The notes under the pieces are model-generated. The model was not told the origin of the DNA, ran no database searches, and saw nothing but the letters and a program-made list of their open reading frames with translations. From positions 1 to 40,595 of the IMG/VR virus record IMGVR_UViG_3300035703_000184: a DNA stretch of 40,595 bases; one strand, written 5' to 3'. The DNA is from a virus (Duplodnaviria; Caudoviricetes). The position numbers and the translations under genes are program-made. The number at the start of each line of letters is the position of its first letter. Position 1 is the first letter of the stretch. Below, in pieces: positions 24,801 through 34,406 of the stretch.

Positions 24801-26823
24801 AGACTTACTTAAAGAGATTGATGGACCAAGCCTTAAGCTTTCTGACCTAACTGGCGCTGAGCGAATTCTTGCCCGCGTAGGTGGAGCAACCAACGCAGCA
24901 TGGAAAGTTCTTTCACTTGCTGAAACAAGATTGGTTCGTAATCCATTGTTCTTGTCTTACGTGCGTGACGAAATGAAGACGCTGATTAATGCAGCACAAC
25001 GGTCTGGTATCGATGTATCAGAAGCCGTAGTAAACAATGAGATTCGTCAGGTTGCATACCGTAAGGCGCTAGGTCGAGTTGAGGAAACGCTTTACTCATC
25101 ACGTCGTCTTACCAATGGTATGTACACAGCGCGTTATGCAATGAGCTTCCCCTTGGCTTTCTTCAACTCCCAAGCAGTTGCGCTTCGCCTATTGGCTCGC
25201 AACCCAATGAATGCTTACTGGTACAACAGTATTCAACAAGCGTTCGATAAGTATGAAGCTTATGAAGACCAAGATGGAAACACTTACTCTTCAATCAAGG
25301 ATGTTCCTGCTGGAGTATCGGTATCTGTTAAGTACCCACTTCCATATGGAGATAAGTTACCTAATTGGGTCAAGACAGCGTTAAAGCCATATACAGATGC
25401 TCGTGGCGGTGGAATGAAATTCAACCCTAAGCAAATGGAATTCATGGTTGCAGACCCATCTATCTCTTGGTTTGGCACAGCAACAATATCTGAAATTATT
25501 GATAACGGATTTGGTGTTGGTCCATGGAAGCTTTACGGTGAGCAGGTAGCCACAGCACTACGTGAAACACTTGGCGATGATGTTTATGAATCAAGCATTC
25601 TATATGGAGGATATCCAGTAGAAGGCAAGAATCTTGCCGAGAAAGTAAAGAACACAATGGTTCCAGCCTATGCTCAATCATTGATTGACTCAGGCAAGTT
25701 GCCATACCCAATCCGTACAGCGTTCTCGCTTATCGGACTCGAGAAGAGTGAACGATTTACCGATGAGGTTTATGCTCAGTGGCGTAAAGGTTTCTCTGAA
25801 TGGGTAGCAAATGGTCGTATTGGTCAACCGCCTACGATGGAATCTGCTGCTAAGGCAGCTGGCAACATGGCATTTATCAGGTCTGTTGTTCAGTTCAACG
25901 CACCTATCTCAGCGACATTTGACCCAGTAACTCGTGCTGCTACTTCTTACTATGCAGACTTGGTCGAGATGGCTAATGGCGATTACGACATTGCACAGAA
26001 GGTTATGATTGATGAGTGGGGAATGGATTCCCTAGCACTTGTCGGGTCTAACCAAAAGAATGTTGCAGGCGTAGCTGCAACAATGAATGATATTAAGGTT
26101 CTTCGTAATAGTACTAAGTTACTAGAAGAACTAGGTAATACCAATACAAAGTATGCTGGAATGTTGTCATCTGGTTATGGTGATATTGCAGGTACTGGTA
26201 GTGGACCAAATGATTACTCAACAGAAGTAGCTTCTATCTATAAAAGGATGAAGTTTGCTGGAGGGTTTAATAACCCTATTACTCAGAAGAAAACCGAAGA
26301 CGAGCTAAAGAAGTCAACTCAGGCTCGTGTTGGTTGGGCTGAGTACCAGAAGGCTGTTGATTGGCGCAACGCCATGATGAAGCAGTATGGAATTGCCTCA
26401 ACCTATGAAGCTAGGTACGAATACTCTGGCATCAAGCGTGTCTTTGACGACATGGTAGATGACATTGAGAATGACTACAAAGGCTGGGTGGAGCAACGCG
26501 ACGAAGAACGTAAAGACTACTGGAATGGAACCATTGCAGCAGTTGAAACAATCTCCAAGAATCTTGATTGGAGAACGTATGCGTACTCAACTGGCAATAC
26601 CAAGTGGGAAGAAATCGCTTTCTGGGCGGGCAAGGCTCGTAACTTTAAGGACGAGTATGACCGACCAAACAATAGTGATGAAAGAAAGCTGTTGCTAAAG
26701 CAGCAGTTTGCACAGTTCCACTATGACTTCCTACAGACAGCATCTGATGAATTTGATGCATTTGCCACAAGATGGTTAAACAACATGCCAGAACTAGACA
26801 ATGAATTCGTGGTGACAAAGTGA
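21862..26823 (+). CDS. Large internal virion (ejection) protein, 1653 aa
   Basis: Size, helical content and position; R..MSFPLAFFN...R...RNP resembles C-terminal motifs of podoviral internal proteins. Confidence 0.65.
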   Translation: MSLTEWWNDPSIVKDPTQEPKLSKVDKFKKDNTKVGKAEQAIVPKVMGAIEAGSKKPILGRIINPAMSALSFVGEKVVQPVTQTVSAALLTPQAIAKGKGGLTESYRFSKKQAEKISMGQAAASAVGKITSPVLGDVTNATFLDKDFDVFDDRQRDKAFRDEWAGILASGVTDLALAALGTKGAGFAVRGTAKKVVGPKRLATTDDMDVFRSELDEIVAQKALPVEQQTKTGLSVLVDDAVNETDLTKLASNPLVSETSNPYRTATIMSRLDNHQDVADYLLAERGDTAAFQRFFERNPLAADHLDNYGITATAPIDNFANIGLDALDPTLTSRYQKIIDAVKVEDPNFARALDDFMEKAQMGVIESYRPGRYAALEQIGLAKKKIQSQALYGDLKMFGQDADGGWKTQVYQTGVYDRAVRLIAWTGSGRPQGYINISNPRKFEAANDLLSDLNRLQFLKGVEGAQYKRRMVEMFLDAQSDTQRAIALGRIEESVMGRLAKYYGVTDMQDVANVKDAVNQIKNWHIRMNQSRDSIKEYAVKNGFVPDENGGINVQNFLSVSNEAQNLPMLDFRRLETEVIFNARRVAGKGAKVTQGQFLGAIGSRTAMNVGQFLDLANMVFSNLNLLRLAYIPKNSMVDPFARASMALESMELVKNAVPGVDNIIYNTGLLKESVKKWIPGSPAANARKQAKSAQFRVEKYRADLEPKITAHAKAEAAYDDLDKSLTKLTAARDKAKAKAMKSNDVEVQNKYYELEDKVTELQTKVDDAFDEMSRLADYINGTAKLIQRERKDWTEFANTQGDLKQKKLLGQEGEVIEVNGQTYTLQGLADPNVRGAGAYMSEIDTATNFYAASMQSEISRRLRADGARFVKIPRKNREEYMNALAHIANRQIRNELELPVGWMMKGEKSNAEIVEWLYSPAGKEYRLRIEERFGDDMQAWAAQTREKLYAMYPDPDLRKIITERPVTYQEVDAMLYGRTDLLKEIDGPSLKLSDLTGAERILARVGGATNAAWKVLSLAETRLVRNPLFLSYVRDEMKTLINAAQRSGIDVSEAVVNNEIRQVAYRKALGRVEETLYSSRRLTNGMYTARYAMSFPLAFFNSQAVALRLLARNPMNAYWYNSIQQAFDKYEAYEDQDGNTYSSIKDVPAGVSVSVKYPLPYGDKLPNWVKTALKPYTDARGGGMKFNPKQMEFMVADPSISWFGTATISEIIDNGFGVGPWKLYGEQVATALRETLGDDVYESSILYGGYPVEGKNLAEKVKNTMVPAYAQSLIDSGKLPYPIRTAFSLIGLEKSERFTDEVYAQWRKGFSEWVANGRIGQPPTMESAAKAAGNMAFIRSVVQFNAPISATFDPVTRAATSYYADLVEMANGDYDIAQKVMIDEWGMDSLALVGSNQKNVAGVAATMNDIKVLRNSTKLLEELGNTNTKYAGMLSSGYGDIAGTGSGPNDYSTEVASIYKRMKFAGGFNNPITQKKTEDELKKSTQARVGWAEYQKAVDWRNAMMKQYGIASTYEARYEYSGIKRVFDDMVDDIENDYKGWVEQRDEERKDYWNGTIAAVETISKNLDWRTYAYSTGNTKWEEIAFWAGKARNFKDEYDRPNNSDERKLLLKQQFAQFHYDFLQTASDEFDAFATRWLNNMPELDNEFVVTK

Positions 26824-27632
26824 AGAAACCAAAGCGTTCGGATTACCCAAAAGGTAAGATAGGCGACAAGCAGTATCAAGCAGCATTGATTGAATACGAA
26901 CAAGCAGTCAAAGATGCAGAAGCTGCAAAGAAGTTAAACATTGCTCCTATCAAGCTTCCTGGTATTAACCCAGAGGCTGGCATCAACGATGTCCAGGCTA
27001 AGTCTTGGTTTAAGTACAGCGCAGCCACAGCTAAAAAGGGTAGCGAAGTTCGTAAATACTACGAAAGCTTTATTGCAATTCTTAAGAAGGCTGGTATTCC
27101 AGAAAGCAAGTGGCAGTCAGTATGGGATGATGCTGTTGACTGGGTAGGAACTCCTGGGTCTGGCGCAACTGGCGACCCAAAGATGTACCTCAACGTATGG
27201 AATCCAGCAAGCTATACAGGCGGAACTGGCAGTACAAAGAAGTACGGAACTACTAAGAGCCGTACCGAAACCACAACACAGTACAGCCCATCTAATGCTG
27301 CTGATTATCTAACCAAGACATTTGAATCTGAAATTGGTAGAACTGCTACCAAGGAAGAGATTGATGCCTACCTTAAAGGTGTTAACGCTGCTGCCAAAAA
27401 GGAACCAGCAATCTATGAAGGGTCAACCACTACTGCCCCAGGCAAGGGTGGACTCCTTGGAACCAGTACAACTAAGGCAACTCAAACAACTGGATTCGAC
27501 CCTGCTATCTATGCACAGAACTTTGCTAGAAGTCGTCCCGACTTCGCAGAATCTTTTGCAACAAAGAACTTCTTGAAGATTATTGAGGGTGTCCTTAAAG
27601 ACCCTAATGCTATCGGAACGGTGGTTGAGTAG
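26820..27632 (+). CDS. Putative internal virion protein
   Basis: Coupled to neighbours; Thr-rich. Confidence 0.6.
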   Translation: MKKPKRSDYPKGKIGDKQYQAALIEYEQAVKDAEAAKKLNIAPIKLPGINPEAGINDVQAKSWFKYSAATAKKGSEVRKYYESFIAILKKAGIPESKWQSVWDDAVDWVGTPGSGATGDPKMYLNVWNPASYTGGTGSTKKYGTTKSRTETTTQYSPSNAADYLTKTFESEIGRTATKEEIDAYLKGVNAAAKKEPAIYEGSTTTAPGKGGLLGTSTTKATQTTGFDPAIYAQNFARSRPDFAESFATKNFLKIIEGVLKDPNAIGTVVE

Positions 27633-28996
27633 TGGCTGACACAAAAGTAACGGTTAAATCTGGTCAGACTCTTAGCTCTATTGCTAAGGCAAATGGAACC
27701 ACGGTTGCTGCAATCAAGAAAGCCAACCCTGTACTTACAACAAACCCTAAGTACAACGGTGGTAACACAATCTTTGCTGGTACTAAACTAACAATTCCTG
27801 GTAAGGCTCCAGCTACTGCAACAGCCAAGGCTGGTGCTACAGCAGGAACTACATCTAACAAGCCTGCAACAACTAATCTTCCATATACTGGCGGAGCCAG
27901 CACGACTAACCTTCCATATACTGGTGGTGCAACCGTAGTGCCAATGACTGGCGTAAACAATAACCCTAACTGGTTTAGCGGTAATACAAACGCATCTGCT
28001 GGTTCTTCAACAACCGTAGCAATGGCAACTGATAAGTTGTCTATGGCACAACTTCAGGCACAGTTCGGAATTACTGCTGCTGTTATCAACAATGACCCAA
28101 GTCTATTGGCTGCACTTAACAGAATCCTTGGCAAAGATGCCAACGGTAATGACGTAGGTCCAATGGTTACTGACCCAGCCTTGATGGAAGCTATCGTTAA
28201 AGGTACATCTTGGTATCGTGACCAGACAGATACTCAGCGTTCATATGATTACGCAAGAGCAACTAACCCAGGTCAGTTTGCTGCAGACTTACAAAAGAAT
28301 GCAAGTAACATTGTTAAGCAATATGCTGCAATGGGACTTACCATCTCAGCAAACCAGGCTATTGAATATGCCAACAACATGATGAAGCAAGCCATCATCA
28401 AGGATGGCAAGGTTGTTAGATTCGACCAAGACTATCTAAACAAATTAATGGCTGACTCAATCAAGTTTGTTAAGACAAACTCTATTGATGGTCGTGTTGT
28501 CTACACTGGTCTAGCTGGAAAGCTAGAAACCATGGCTAGCAAGTTATACGGCATGGCTCGTGATTACGGTTTCCAACAGACAACATCTAATGCAAGCTTT
28601 GATAAGTGGTTCGAAGCAAGCATGAAGGGTCTAGTTGCTGGAACTCTTAACCCAGAAGATGTTGATAATGACCTACAGGCTAGAGCAAAGTCCTTTGCTC
28701 CTGGCTTAGCTAAGTTTATTGACCAAGGTCAGACTCTTCGTGAGGCTGCAGACCCATGGCTTAAGGCTATTGCAGATACTTGGGAAATGGATATTTCCGA
28801 AGTCGACCTTAATGATGATTATGTACAAAGAGCTATTAACATGCAAGATGAAAAGGGCAACTTTACCACAATGAATTTGTACGACACAAAAAAGCTTGCA
28901 CGTCGTAGCGCTAAGTGGGATACAACCCAAACAGCAAAAGAGGAGAAGACTTCTATTGCTTCACGTATTCTTAAAGACTTCGGATTCTTGGGGTAA
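27632..28996 (+). CDS. Virion protein with N-terminal LysM
   Basis: [28 protein letters not shown]...[10 protein letters not shown]. Confidence 0.8.
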   Translation: MADTKVTVKSGQTLSSIAKANGTTVAAIKKANPVLTTNPKYNGGNTIFAGTKLTIPGKAPATATAKAGATAGTTSNKPATTNLPYTGGASTTNLPYTGGATVVPMTGVNNNPNWFSGNTNASAGSSTTVAMATDKLSMAQLQAQFGITAAVINNDPSLLAALNRILGKDANGNDVGPMVTDPALMEAIVKGTSWYRDQTDTQRSYDYARATNPGQFAADLQKNASNIVKQYAAMGLTISANQAIEYANNMMKQAIIKDGKVVRFDQDYLNKLMADSIKFVKTNSIDGRVVYTGLAGKLETMASKLYGMARDYGFQQTTSNASFDKWFEASMKGLVAGTLNPEDVDNDLQARAKSFAPGLAKFIDQGQTLREAADPWLKAIADTWEMDISEVDLNDDYVQRAINMQDEKGNFTTMNLYDTKKLARRSAKWDTTQTAKEEKTSIASRILKDFGFLG

Positions 28997-28998
28997 AC

Positions 28999-30639
28999 AT
29001 GGCAGCATATGACGATTTTCGTGATTCAGTACTTTCCGTACAAACCGCTGCACAGCAAGATGCTGCAGAGCGAGCTCGCTTTTCTCAAATGCAAGCTGCT
29101 AATGCTGCTTCTCAAGCTGCAACAAAACAAGTCCCAGTAACAGTAACTGTTAAACCTGGTGACACTCTTTCAGCTATTGCTGCTGCTAATGATTTATCAT
29201 TAAAAGAACTTTATGCATTAAACCCTAAATTTAAGACCAACCCTAAGTATGAGGGTGGCAATATGATTTGGTCTGGGACTACGGTAAAAGTTGGCGTTGA
29301 AAATAAACCAGTTACAACCCCAACTCCTACCCCAACACCGACTCCTACCCCCACACCAACCCCGACTCCAACCCCTACGCCAGAGCCTACGCCTGAACCA
29401 ACCCCAGAGCCTACGCCAGAGCCTACGCCGACTCCTACACCGACTCCTACCCCAACACCAACACCTACCCCAACGCCTACCCCAACACCTAGCCCATTCC
29501 CAGATTTGATTCCAGGCGCAGGTGGAGCTGGTCCCGATGCTGCTGCTAACGCAGCCGTACTTGACCAGATTGCAGCGTTAACAGCACAGATTGCATCTAT
29601 GCAGGCTGCTGCTGCAGCCGATGCTGCAAAGCCAAAGGTTACTGGTACACGCACAGTCCGTAAAACTGGTGGCGTTGTTGAAGTATATGAGCAGATGTCA
29701 GATGGTTCTCTTGGTAAGTTAATTGAATCTTACAAGGACTTTGGTGCTCGTGACTCAGTCATGAAGATGTTTGAGAATACAGGACTTGGTGATGCATTTA
29801 TTAAGTCACTAGTTGACACCATAGACAAAGTCTATGAAGAAAACATTATGCCTACCGATGCACAGGTTCTTAACAGTATCTATACCAGTGATGCATACAA
29901 GACACGGTTTGCTGCTAACGAGGCTATCCGCAAACGTATAGCAGATGGTAAGGGTCGCCCTGGCGACAGACTTCTAGCCCCTGCAGAATACATTGCAGCT
30001 GAAGATGGCTATAGAGAAATCATGCAAGAAGCGAACTTGCCTGTTAACTTTTACGACCAACCAGAAGATTTAAGCAATCTTATTGCTAACTCAATCAGCA
30101 TTGGTGAATTTACAGCACGTGTCAATATTGCACAGAATGCGTTACAAAAAGCAGACCAGCAGATTGTTCAGTCACTTAAAGATTATTATGGTCTAACTAC
30201 TGGCGACTTAGTTGCTTATTTATTAGATAACGAGAAGGCATTTGATGCTATCAACTCTCGTTACCAGTACTCAACAGAGAAAGCCAAGTTAATGTACACC
30301 TCTGCTGAAGTCGGTGGTGCTGCTACTCGTGCAGGATTTGACACAGGTATCTCTAGAGAATTTGCTGAAGAGATTACCAAGGCAGGTAAGGCAGATTCTG
30401 CTGAACGTGCCTTCCAAGGTGCAGCTCGTGAACAAGAAGATTACCGACGCTTGATGTCACTATATGGCGAAACTGCTGGCACAGAAGACTTAGCTCGTGA
30501 AGCGCTTGGTCTTGCTGGTGGTGCTGAAGTTGGTATCAAGACCAAGAAGCTTGCATCTAAAGAACGCGCCAAGTTCCAACAGCGAGGCGCTATTGAGAAG
30601 ACATCGTTGGGTTCTCGTCTAAGAACACCTGACGTTTAA
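28999..30639 (+). CDS. Virion protein with LysM and Pro-Thr linker
   Basis: [16 protein letters not shown]...LNP...IWSGTTVKV; (PT)n(PE) tract. Confidence 0.8.
   Translation: MAAYDDFRDSVLSVQTAAQQDAAERARFSQMQAANAASQAATKQVPVTVTVKPGDTLSAIAAANDLSLKELYALNPKFKTNPKYEGGNMIWSGTTVKVGVENKPVTTPTPTPTPTPTPTPTPTPTPTPEPTPEPTPEPTPEPTPTPTPTPTPTPTPTPTPTPTPSPFPDLIPGAGGAGPDAAANAAVLDQIAALTAQIASMQAAAAADAAKPKVTGTRTVRKTGGVVEVYEQMSDGSLGKLIESYKDFGARDSVMKMFENTGLGDAFIKSLVDTIDKVYEENIMPTDAQVLNSIYTSDAYKTRFAANEAIRKRIADGKGRPGDRLLAPAEYIAAEDGYREIMQEANLPVNFYDQPEDLSNLIANSISIGEFTARVNIAQNALQKADQQIVQSLKDYYGLTTGDLVAYLLDNEKAFDAINSRYQYSTEKAKLMYTSAEVGGAATRAGFDTGISREFAEEITKAGKADSAERAFQGAAREQEDYRRLMSLYGETAGTEDLAREALGLAGGAEVGIKTKKLASKERAKFQQRGAIEKTSLGSRLRTPDV
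29314..29490 (+). repeat. Coding Pro-Thr/Pro-Glu repeat
   Basis: CCN-ACN hexamers with varied third positions. Confidence 0.9.
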
Positions 30640-30646
30640 TAGATTC

Positions 30647-30756
30647 CGTCCCAGACCGTCCAGCCCTGGTGATGTGTATAAGTCTGGAAGTCATCACGTC
30701 TACGAATCAGTACCCCTGCTGAGGAGTACGTGTGGTGCAAAACCCGATGAGGGTTT
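30647..30756 (+). ncRNA. Candidate structured leader RNA upstream of scaffold/capsid genes
   Basis: Hand-folded pseudoknot plus long CCCC-loop hairpin plus AAACCC/GGGTTT hairpin. Confidence 0.45.
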
Positions 30757-30780
30757 AACTACTAATAAAGGGAGAAAACA

Positions 30781-31230
30781 ATGGCAGAAGAATACCTAGA
30801 GTACGACTACGAAGATGAAGACAATGGCAGTGGAACTGACCTTGTGAAGAAACTTCGCAAACAGATTGATGCGCTTTCCAAGCAAATTAAGGAACGCGAT
30901 GAAATCCTTGCAGAGTTCACTACACAAAGTCACGAAGCATCTATTGGCGAAATCCTAGAAAGTTTCGGACTTAATCCACGAATCGCAAAATTCATCCCAG
31001 ATGAAGTTGAAGCGGACGAGGATGCTGTCGCACAATGGTTAAATGAATACGGCGATGCATTTGGTATCGAAGCCGTTGAAGAGGGGACTGAGTCCCCTGA
31101 CGCTCAATCATATGAGCGAATGTCAGACTTTGATGATGGCTCTATTGACCCATTCGTTGGTCAAGATTTAGCTTCTCGTATTGCGAACGCAGGTTCGCCA
31201 GAGGAACTAAGTAACCTACTCAAAGGCTGA
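30781..31230 (+). CDS. Capsid scaffolding protein
   Basis: Acidic coiled coil directly before the major capsid gene. Confidence 0.75.
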   Translation: MAEEYLEYDYEDEDNGSGTDLVKKLRKQIDALSKQIKERDEILAEFTTQSHEASIGEILESFGLNPRIAKFIPDEVEADEDAVAQWLNEYGDAFGIEAVEEGTESPDAQSYERMSDFDDGSIDPFVGQDLASRIANAGSPEELSNLLKG

Positions 31231-31264
31231 TACGTCCACAATCAACCCCAATTAGAAGGAAATC

Positions 31265-32242
31265 ATGCCTACTACACCAGCAACATCAACTACGACATCA
31301 ACAATGTCGAACTTGATTCAGACGGCGTATGACAAGTACATTGAGTTTAACCTTCGTTCAGAACCAATGTTCCGCAAGTTTGCGGACAAGCGTCCTGTCG
31401 ATGTAACAAACCCAGGTAACACCGTCGTCTTTCAAATCTACCAGGATTTGTCACGCAACACCACTGCTCTGACTCAAACACAAGACCCAGATGCAGTAAC
31501 ACTTAACAACACCAACAAGGTGAATGTTACAGTAGATGAATACGGTAATGCCGTAATCACAACTGAGCGCTTGGCTCTTGAGTCAATCTCAGCAATCGAC
31601 CCAGCTGTTGCAGACATGTTGTCATTCAACATGCGTGACTCGCTTGACTCCCTAGTATGGAACAAGCTCACCTCTCTTGCAACAATGCGTTACACGGGTA
31701 CAACTTCTGCTGATGAATCAACCATCAACGGTGAAAACGTATCTTCAAGCACCACTGCTCCATACCTAACTGCAGCTCTTGCACGTAAGGGTGTTGCAAA
31801 GCTTCGTGGCGCAAACGTACAGCCACGTGATGGCGGACTCTACACAGCACTTATTCACCCAGATGTGTCTTATGACCTTCGTTCCGAAGCTCAGACCTCT
31901 GGTTCTGCTGTATGGCAGTTGCCTCACACTTACACAGAGGCTGGCGTTGCCAACCTTTGGAATGGTGAAATCGGTATCTACGACCAGGTTCGTTATATCG
32001 AATCTCCACGCTGCGAGTCAATCTCTGGCTCTGGCACTTCAAAGGTATACGCAACTGTTCTTCTCGGAAAGCAGGCTCTTGTTGAGGCTGTTTCTTACGA
32101 GCCAAAGACAGTTATCGGTCCTGTAACAGATAAGTTGATGCGTTTCCGTCCTGCTGGATGGAAGGGTCTTCTTGGATGGAACGTTTACCGCAAGGAAGCA
32201 CGTTACGTCATTCAGACCAAGTCAAGCATCGCATCTGCGTAG
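31265..32242 (+). CDS. Major capsid protein (N4-gp56-like)
   Basis: PGNTVVF, EYGN, ALIHPDVSYDLR, GEIG.Y..VR.IE, D.L.R...GW. Confidence 0.9.
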   Translation: MPTTPATSTTTSTMSNLIQTAYDKYIEFNLRSEPMFRKFADKRPVDVTNPGNTVVFQIYQDLSRNTTALTQTQDPDAVTLNNTNKVNVTVDEYGNAVITTERLALESISAIDPAVADMLSFNMRDSLDSLVWNKLTSLATMRYTGTTSADESTINGENVSSSTTAPYLTAALARKGVAKLRGANVQPRDGGLYTALIHPDVSYDLRSEAQTSGSAVWQLPHTYTEAGVANLWNGEIGIYDQVRYIESPRCESISGSGTSKVYATVLLGKQALVEAVSYEPKTVIGPVTDKLMRFRPAGWKGLLGWNVYRKEARYVIQTKSSIASA

Positions 32243-32250
32243 TTTACAAA

Positions 32251-32281
32251 GTGGGAGGGGTGGGCAACCACCCCTCTTCAC
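32251..32281 (+). terminator. Strong hairpin after capsid gene (weak U-tract)
   Basis: GAGGGGTGG-GCAA-CCACCCCTC. Confidence 0.7.
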
Positions 32282-32293
32282 GCAAGGAGAACA

Positions 32294-32494
32294 ATGGCTA
32301 AAAAGAAAAAGGCTGAAGAACTACCACTAGATTTCTTTACGCCACTCCAAGAGTATGCACATCAAGCACATGAATTGTACAACTCTTTTGCACAAGCAGG
32401 TTTTACAGAAGGCGAAGCGTGGGAACTAATGGTTCGTCATCTACCCGATTGGGAATTAGAGTCACCAGAATTTACAGAAAAGGATGAAGAATAA
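32294..32494 (+). CDS. Hypothetical protein
   Basis: AAGGAG RBS; HELY..F..AGFT..EA. Confidence 0.75.
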   Translation: MAKKKKAEELPLDFFTPLQEYAHQAHELYNSFAQAGFTEGEAWELMVRHLPDWELESPEFTEKDEE

Positions 32495-32616
32495 TGCCAA
32501 AAGTAGGAAAGAAAGAATTTCCATACACTGCAAAAGGTATGGCAATGGCTAAAGCAGAAGCTAAAAAAGTAGGCAAGAAGATGGCAGTAAAGAAGCCTAA
32601 GCTAAAGAAAAAGTAA
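32494..32616 (+). CDS. Small basic protein (40 aa), not in the ORF track
   Basis: MPKVGKKEFPYTAKG...KKK; TAATG overlaps. Confidence 0.75.
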   Translation: MPKVGKKEFPYTAKGMAMAKAEAKKVGKKMAVKKPKLKKK

Positions 32617-32786
32617 TGTCATCGGGTAAGTACAAATCGAAACATAGTTTCAACCCAATACAGATTAAAGATGGAATGATTGTTCGTCTTCGTAAAGACG
32701 GACGTATCCAGTCGATACTAGGAAAAGTCGGGGAGTATAAGAAGAATGGACCCAAGGCTAAAGAGGGCGGGCGTAGCGGGCTTTAA
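32616..32786 (+). CDS. Small basic protein (56 aa), not in the ORF track
   Basis: MSSGKYK...QIKDGMIVRLRKDGRI. Confidence 0.65.
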   Translation: MSSGKYKSKHSFNPIQIKDGMIVRLRKDGRIQSILGKVGEYKKNGPKAKEGGRSGL

Positions 32787-33021
32787 TAAGCCTAAGCGTA
32801 CTCCGAACCATCCAACCAAATCTCACGTTGTTGTAGCCAAGTCTGGCTCACAGGTAAAGACAATTAGGTTTGGTCAGCAAGGCGTATCAGGCTCCCCTAA
32901 GAAGGCTGGAGAAACAAAGTCTTACCGCCAACGTCGCCAATCATTTAAGGCTCGTCATGCCAAGAATATATCTAAGGGCGTTATGTCCGCAGCATACTGG
33001 GCAGACAAGGTGAAATGGTAA
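32746..33021 (+). CDS. Basic hypothetical phage protein
   Basis: KSHVVVAK...IRFGQQG...RR.SFKARH...SAAYWA..VKW. Confidence 0.8.
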   Translation: MDPRLKRAGVAGFNKPKRTPNHPTKSHVVVAKSGSQVKTIRFGQQGVSGSPKKAGETKSYRQRRQSFKARHAKNISKGVMSAAYWADKVKW

Positions 33022-33275
33022 TGGCAAAGATATTTCGTGGACCAACCATGACAATCAAACTTGGTCGTCAATACGACCTTTGGTTTGTTTCTTATCCATG
33101 GGGCAAGACTGTAGTAAAGAAGAATGGAACCTGGTCAACCATAGTTTCACCACAAGACAGTAGTTTGGCAGATTATGACAAGGTGCTTCGTGGTGGATAT
33201 GACAACCCAATTACCGATGCAGAGGCAGCAGAGTTAACTGCTGCAGGATATGGTGAATACATTGTCGAAGTGTAG
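33021..33275 (+). CDS. Hypothetical (head-associated?) protein
   Basis: RGG....I.DAEAAELTAAGYG. Confidence 0.7.
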   Translation: MAKIFRGPTMTIKLGRQYDLWFVSYPWGKTVVKKNGTWSTIVSPQDSSLADYDKVLRGGYDNPITDAEAAELTAAGYGEYIVEV

Positions 33276-33504
33276 AAGTGGATGTGCAACTCAAGACCAT
33301 GAGTCTTGGGGAGAATGCCTTCGTGCAGCTAATTTAAGTATTAGCAATGAGCGTGTATCAGCCGATATTAAAAACACAGATAAAGAATTGAGCGCATATC
33401 GTGACGCTCGCAAGCTAGGAATTCAACCTGCTTCAACAAAAATGAAAGATATTCAAAAAGCGGTCAGAGCATCTGACCTTATCGGAAGGGCAGCGCAAGC
33501 ATAA
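33250..33504 (+). CDS. Hypothetical Cys/His protein; start may be TTG 33262
   Basis: CRSGC.TQDH.SWGECLR...EL.AY..AR..GIQP. Confidence 0.7.
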   Translation: MVNTLSKCRSGCATQDHESWGECLRAANLSISNERVSADIKNTDKELSAYRDARKLGIQPASTKMKDIQKAVRASDLIGRAAQA

Positions 33505-34403
33505 TGGCAACACTAAACCAGCTGACCGAACAGACCCTTGGCGAAGTTAACTCTTACGTCAAAAACCAAGAATCAGTTACGGTTATTACTAGCGCCACAA
33601 CTGCTGGCGACGCAACCATGTTGGTTGATGATGCTACTGCGCTAAGCAAAGGCATCGTTGAGATAGATGACGAACTCATCTATCTAAAGAAAGTTATCCC
33701 AACCAGCGGAACTATTCAAGTCCTTGGAACTACTGGAAATATTATTGGTCGTGGCTGGCGTGGAACCACAGCAACAAGTCACGTAGTTGGTTCGGTTGTT
33801 AGAAACAACCCAATCTTCCCTAAGGCTCAGGTTAAAAGAGCTATCAATGAAACCATCAAGGCAATGAACTTCCCATGTATTACATACTATACATTTACAT
33901 TTAACGGCTCTGACTATTCATACATTATGCCAGATGCACTAGAGGACATAACTGGAATTTCATGGGATGTACCAGACTCAACAGGTGTATGGCAGATTAT
34001 TAAGAACTACCGAGTTGATAAGAATTATTATGATGCAACTACAGCATCCATCAAACAGGCTTTGATTCTAAAAGAATCACCAATGCCTGGTCGCACAGTC
34101 AATGTTCAATATACAAAATTTCCAACCACTATTACGGATAACCAAGAGTTAACTGTTAGTGGTCTTCCAGCATCCTGCGAAGATGTTGTTCGTCTTGGTG
34201 CTATGTATCGCCTACTGTCAACAGTAGACCCTGGAAAGGTTACGGCAACTACAGTATCTGCAGATGCACTCGACCAACCAGTCCAAGCTGGAGCGTCTAC
34301 CAACGCTGCAAAGTATATCTTCCAGCTTTATACCGTTCGCCTCAGCGAGGAAATCGCTAAGCAACAAGCCAACTTCCTAAACACAATACAGTATACGAGG
34401 TAA
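33504..34403 (+). CDS. Putative head-tail adaptor / tail tubular protein
   Basis: Position; EIDDELI...RG..GT.A.SH insert domain. Confidence 0.6.
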   Translation: MATLNQLTEQTLGEVNSYVKNQESVTVITSATTAGDATMLVDDATALSKGIVEIDDELIYLKKVIPTSGTIQVLGTTGNIIGRGWRGTTATSHVVGSVVRNNPIFPKAQVKRAINETIKAMNFPCITYYTFTFNGSDYSYIMPDALEDITGISWDVPDSTGVWQIIKNYRVDKNYYDATTASIKQALILKESPMPGRTVNVQYTKFPTTITDNQELTVSGLPASCEDVVRLGAMYRLLSTVDPGKVTATTVSADALDQPVQAGASTNAAKYIFQLYTVRLSEEIAKQQANFLNTIQYTR

Positions 34404-34406
34404 TAC

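Noticed and set aside
21862-26823. 1653-aa protein as a virion RNA polymerase reading the hairpin elements
   Set aside because: I found no single-subunit motif B (R-x3-K-x7-YG) or DxDGD motif; DKDFDVFDD does not fit. A structure search is needed to exclude it fully.
30716-30752. Hammerhead ribozyme (CTGCTGAG, CCGATGAG)
   Set aside because: Neither matches CUGANGA, and no correctly placed GAAA is present.
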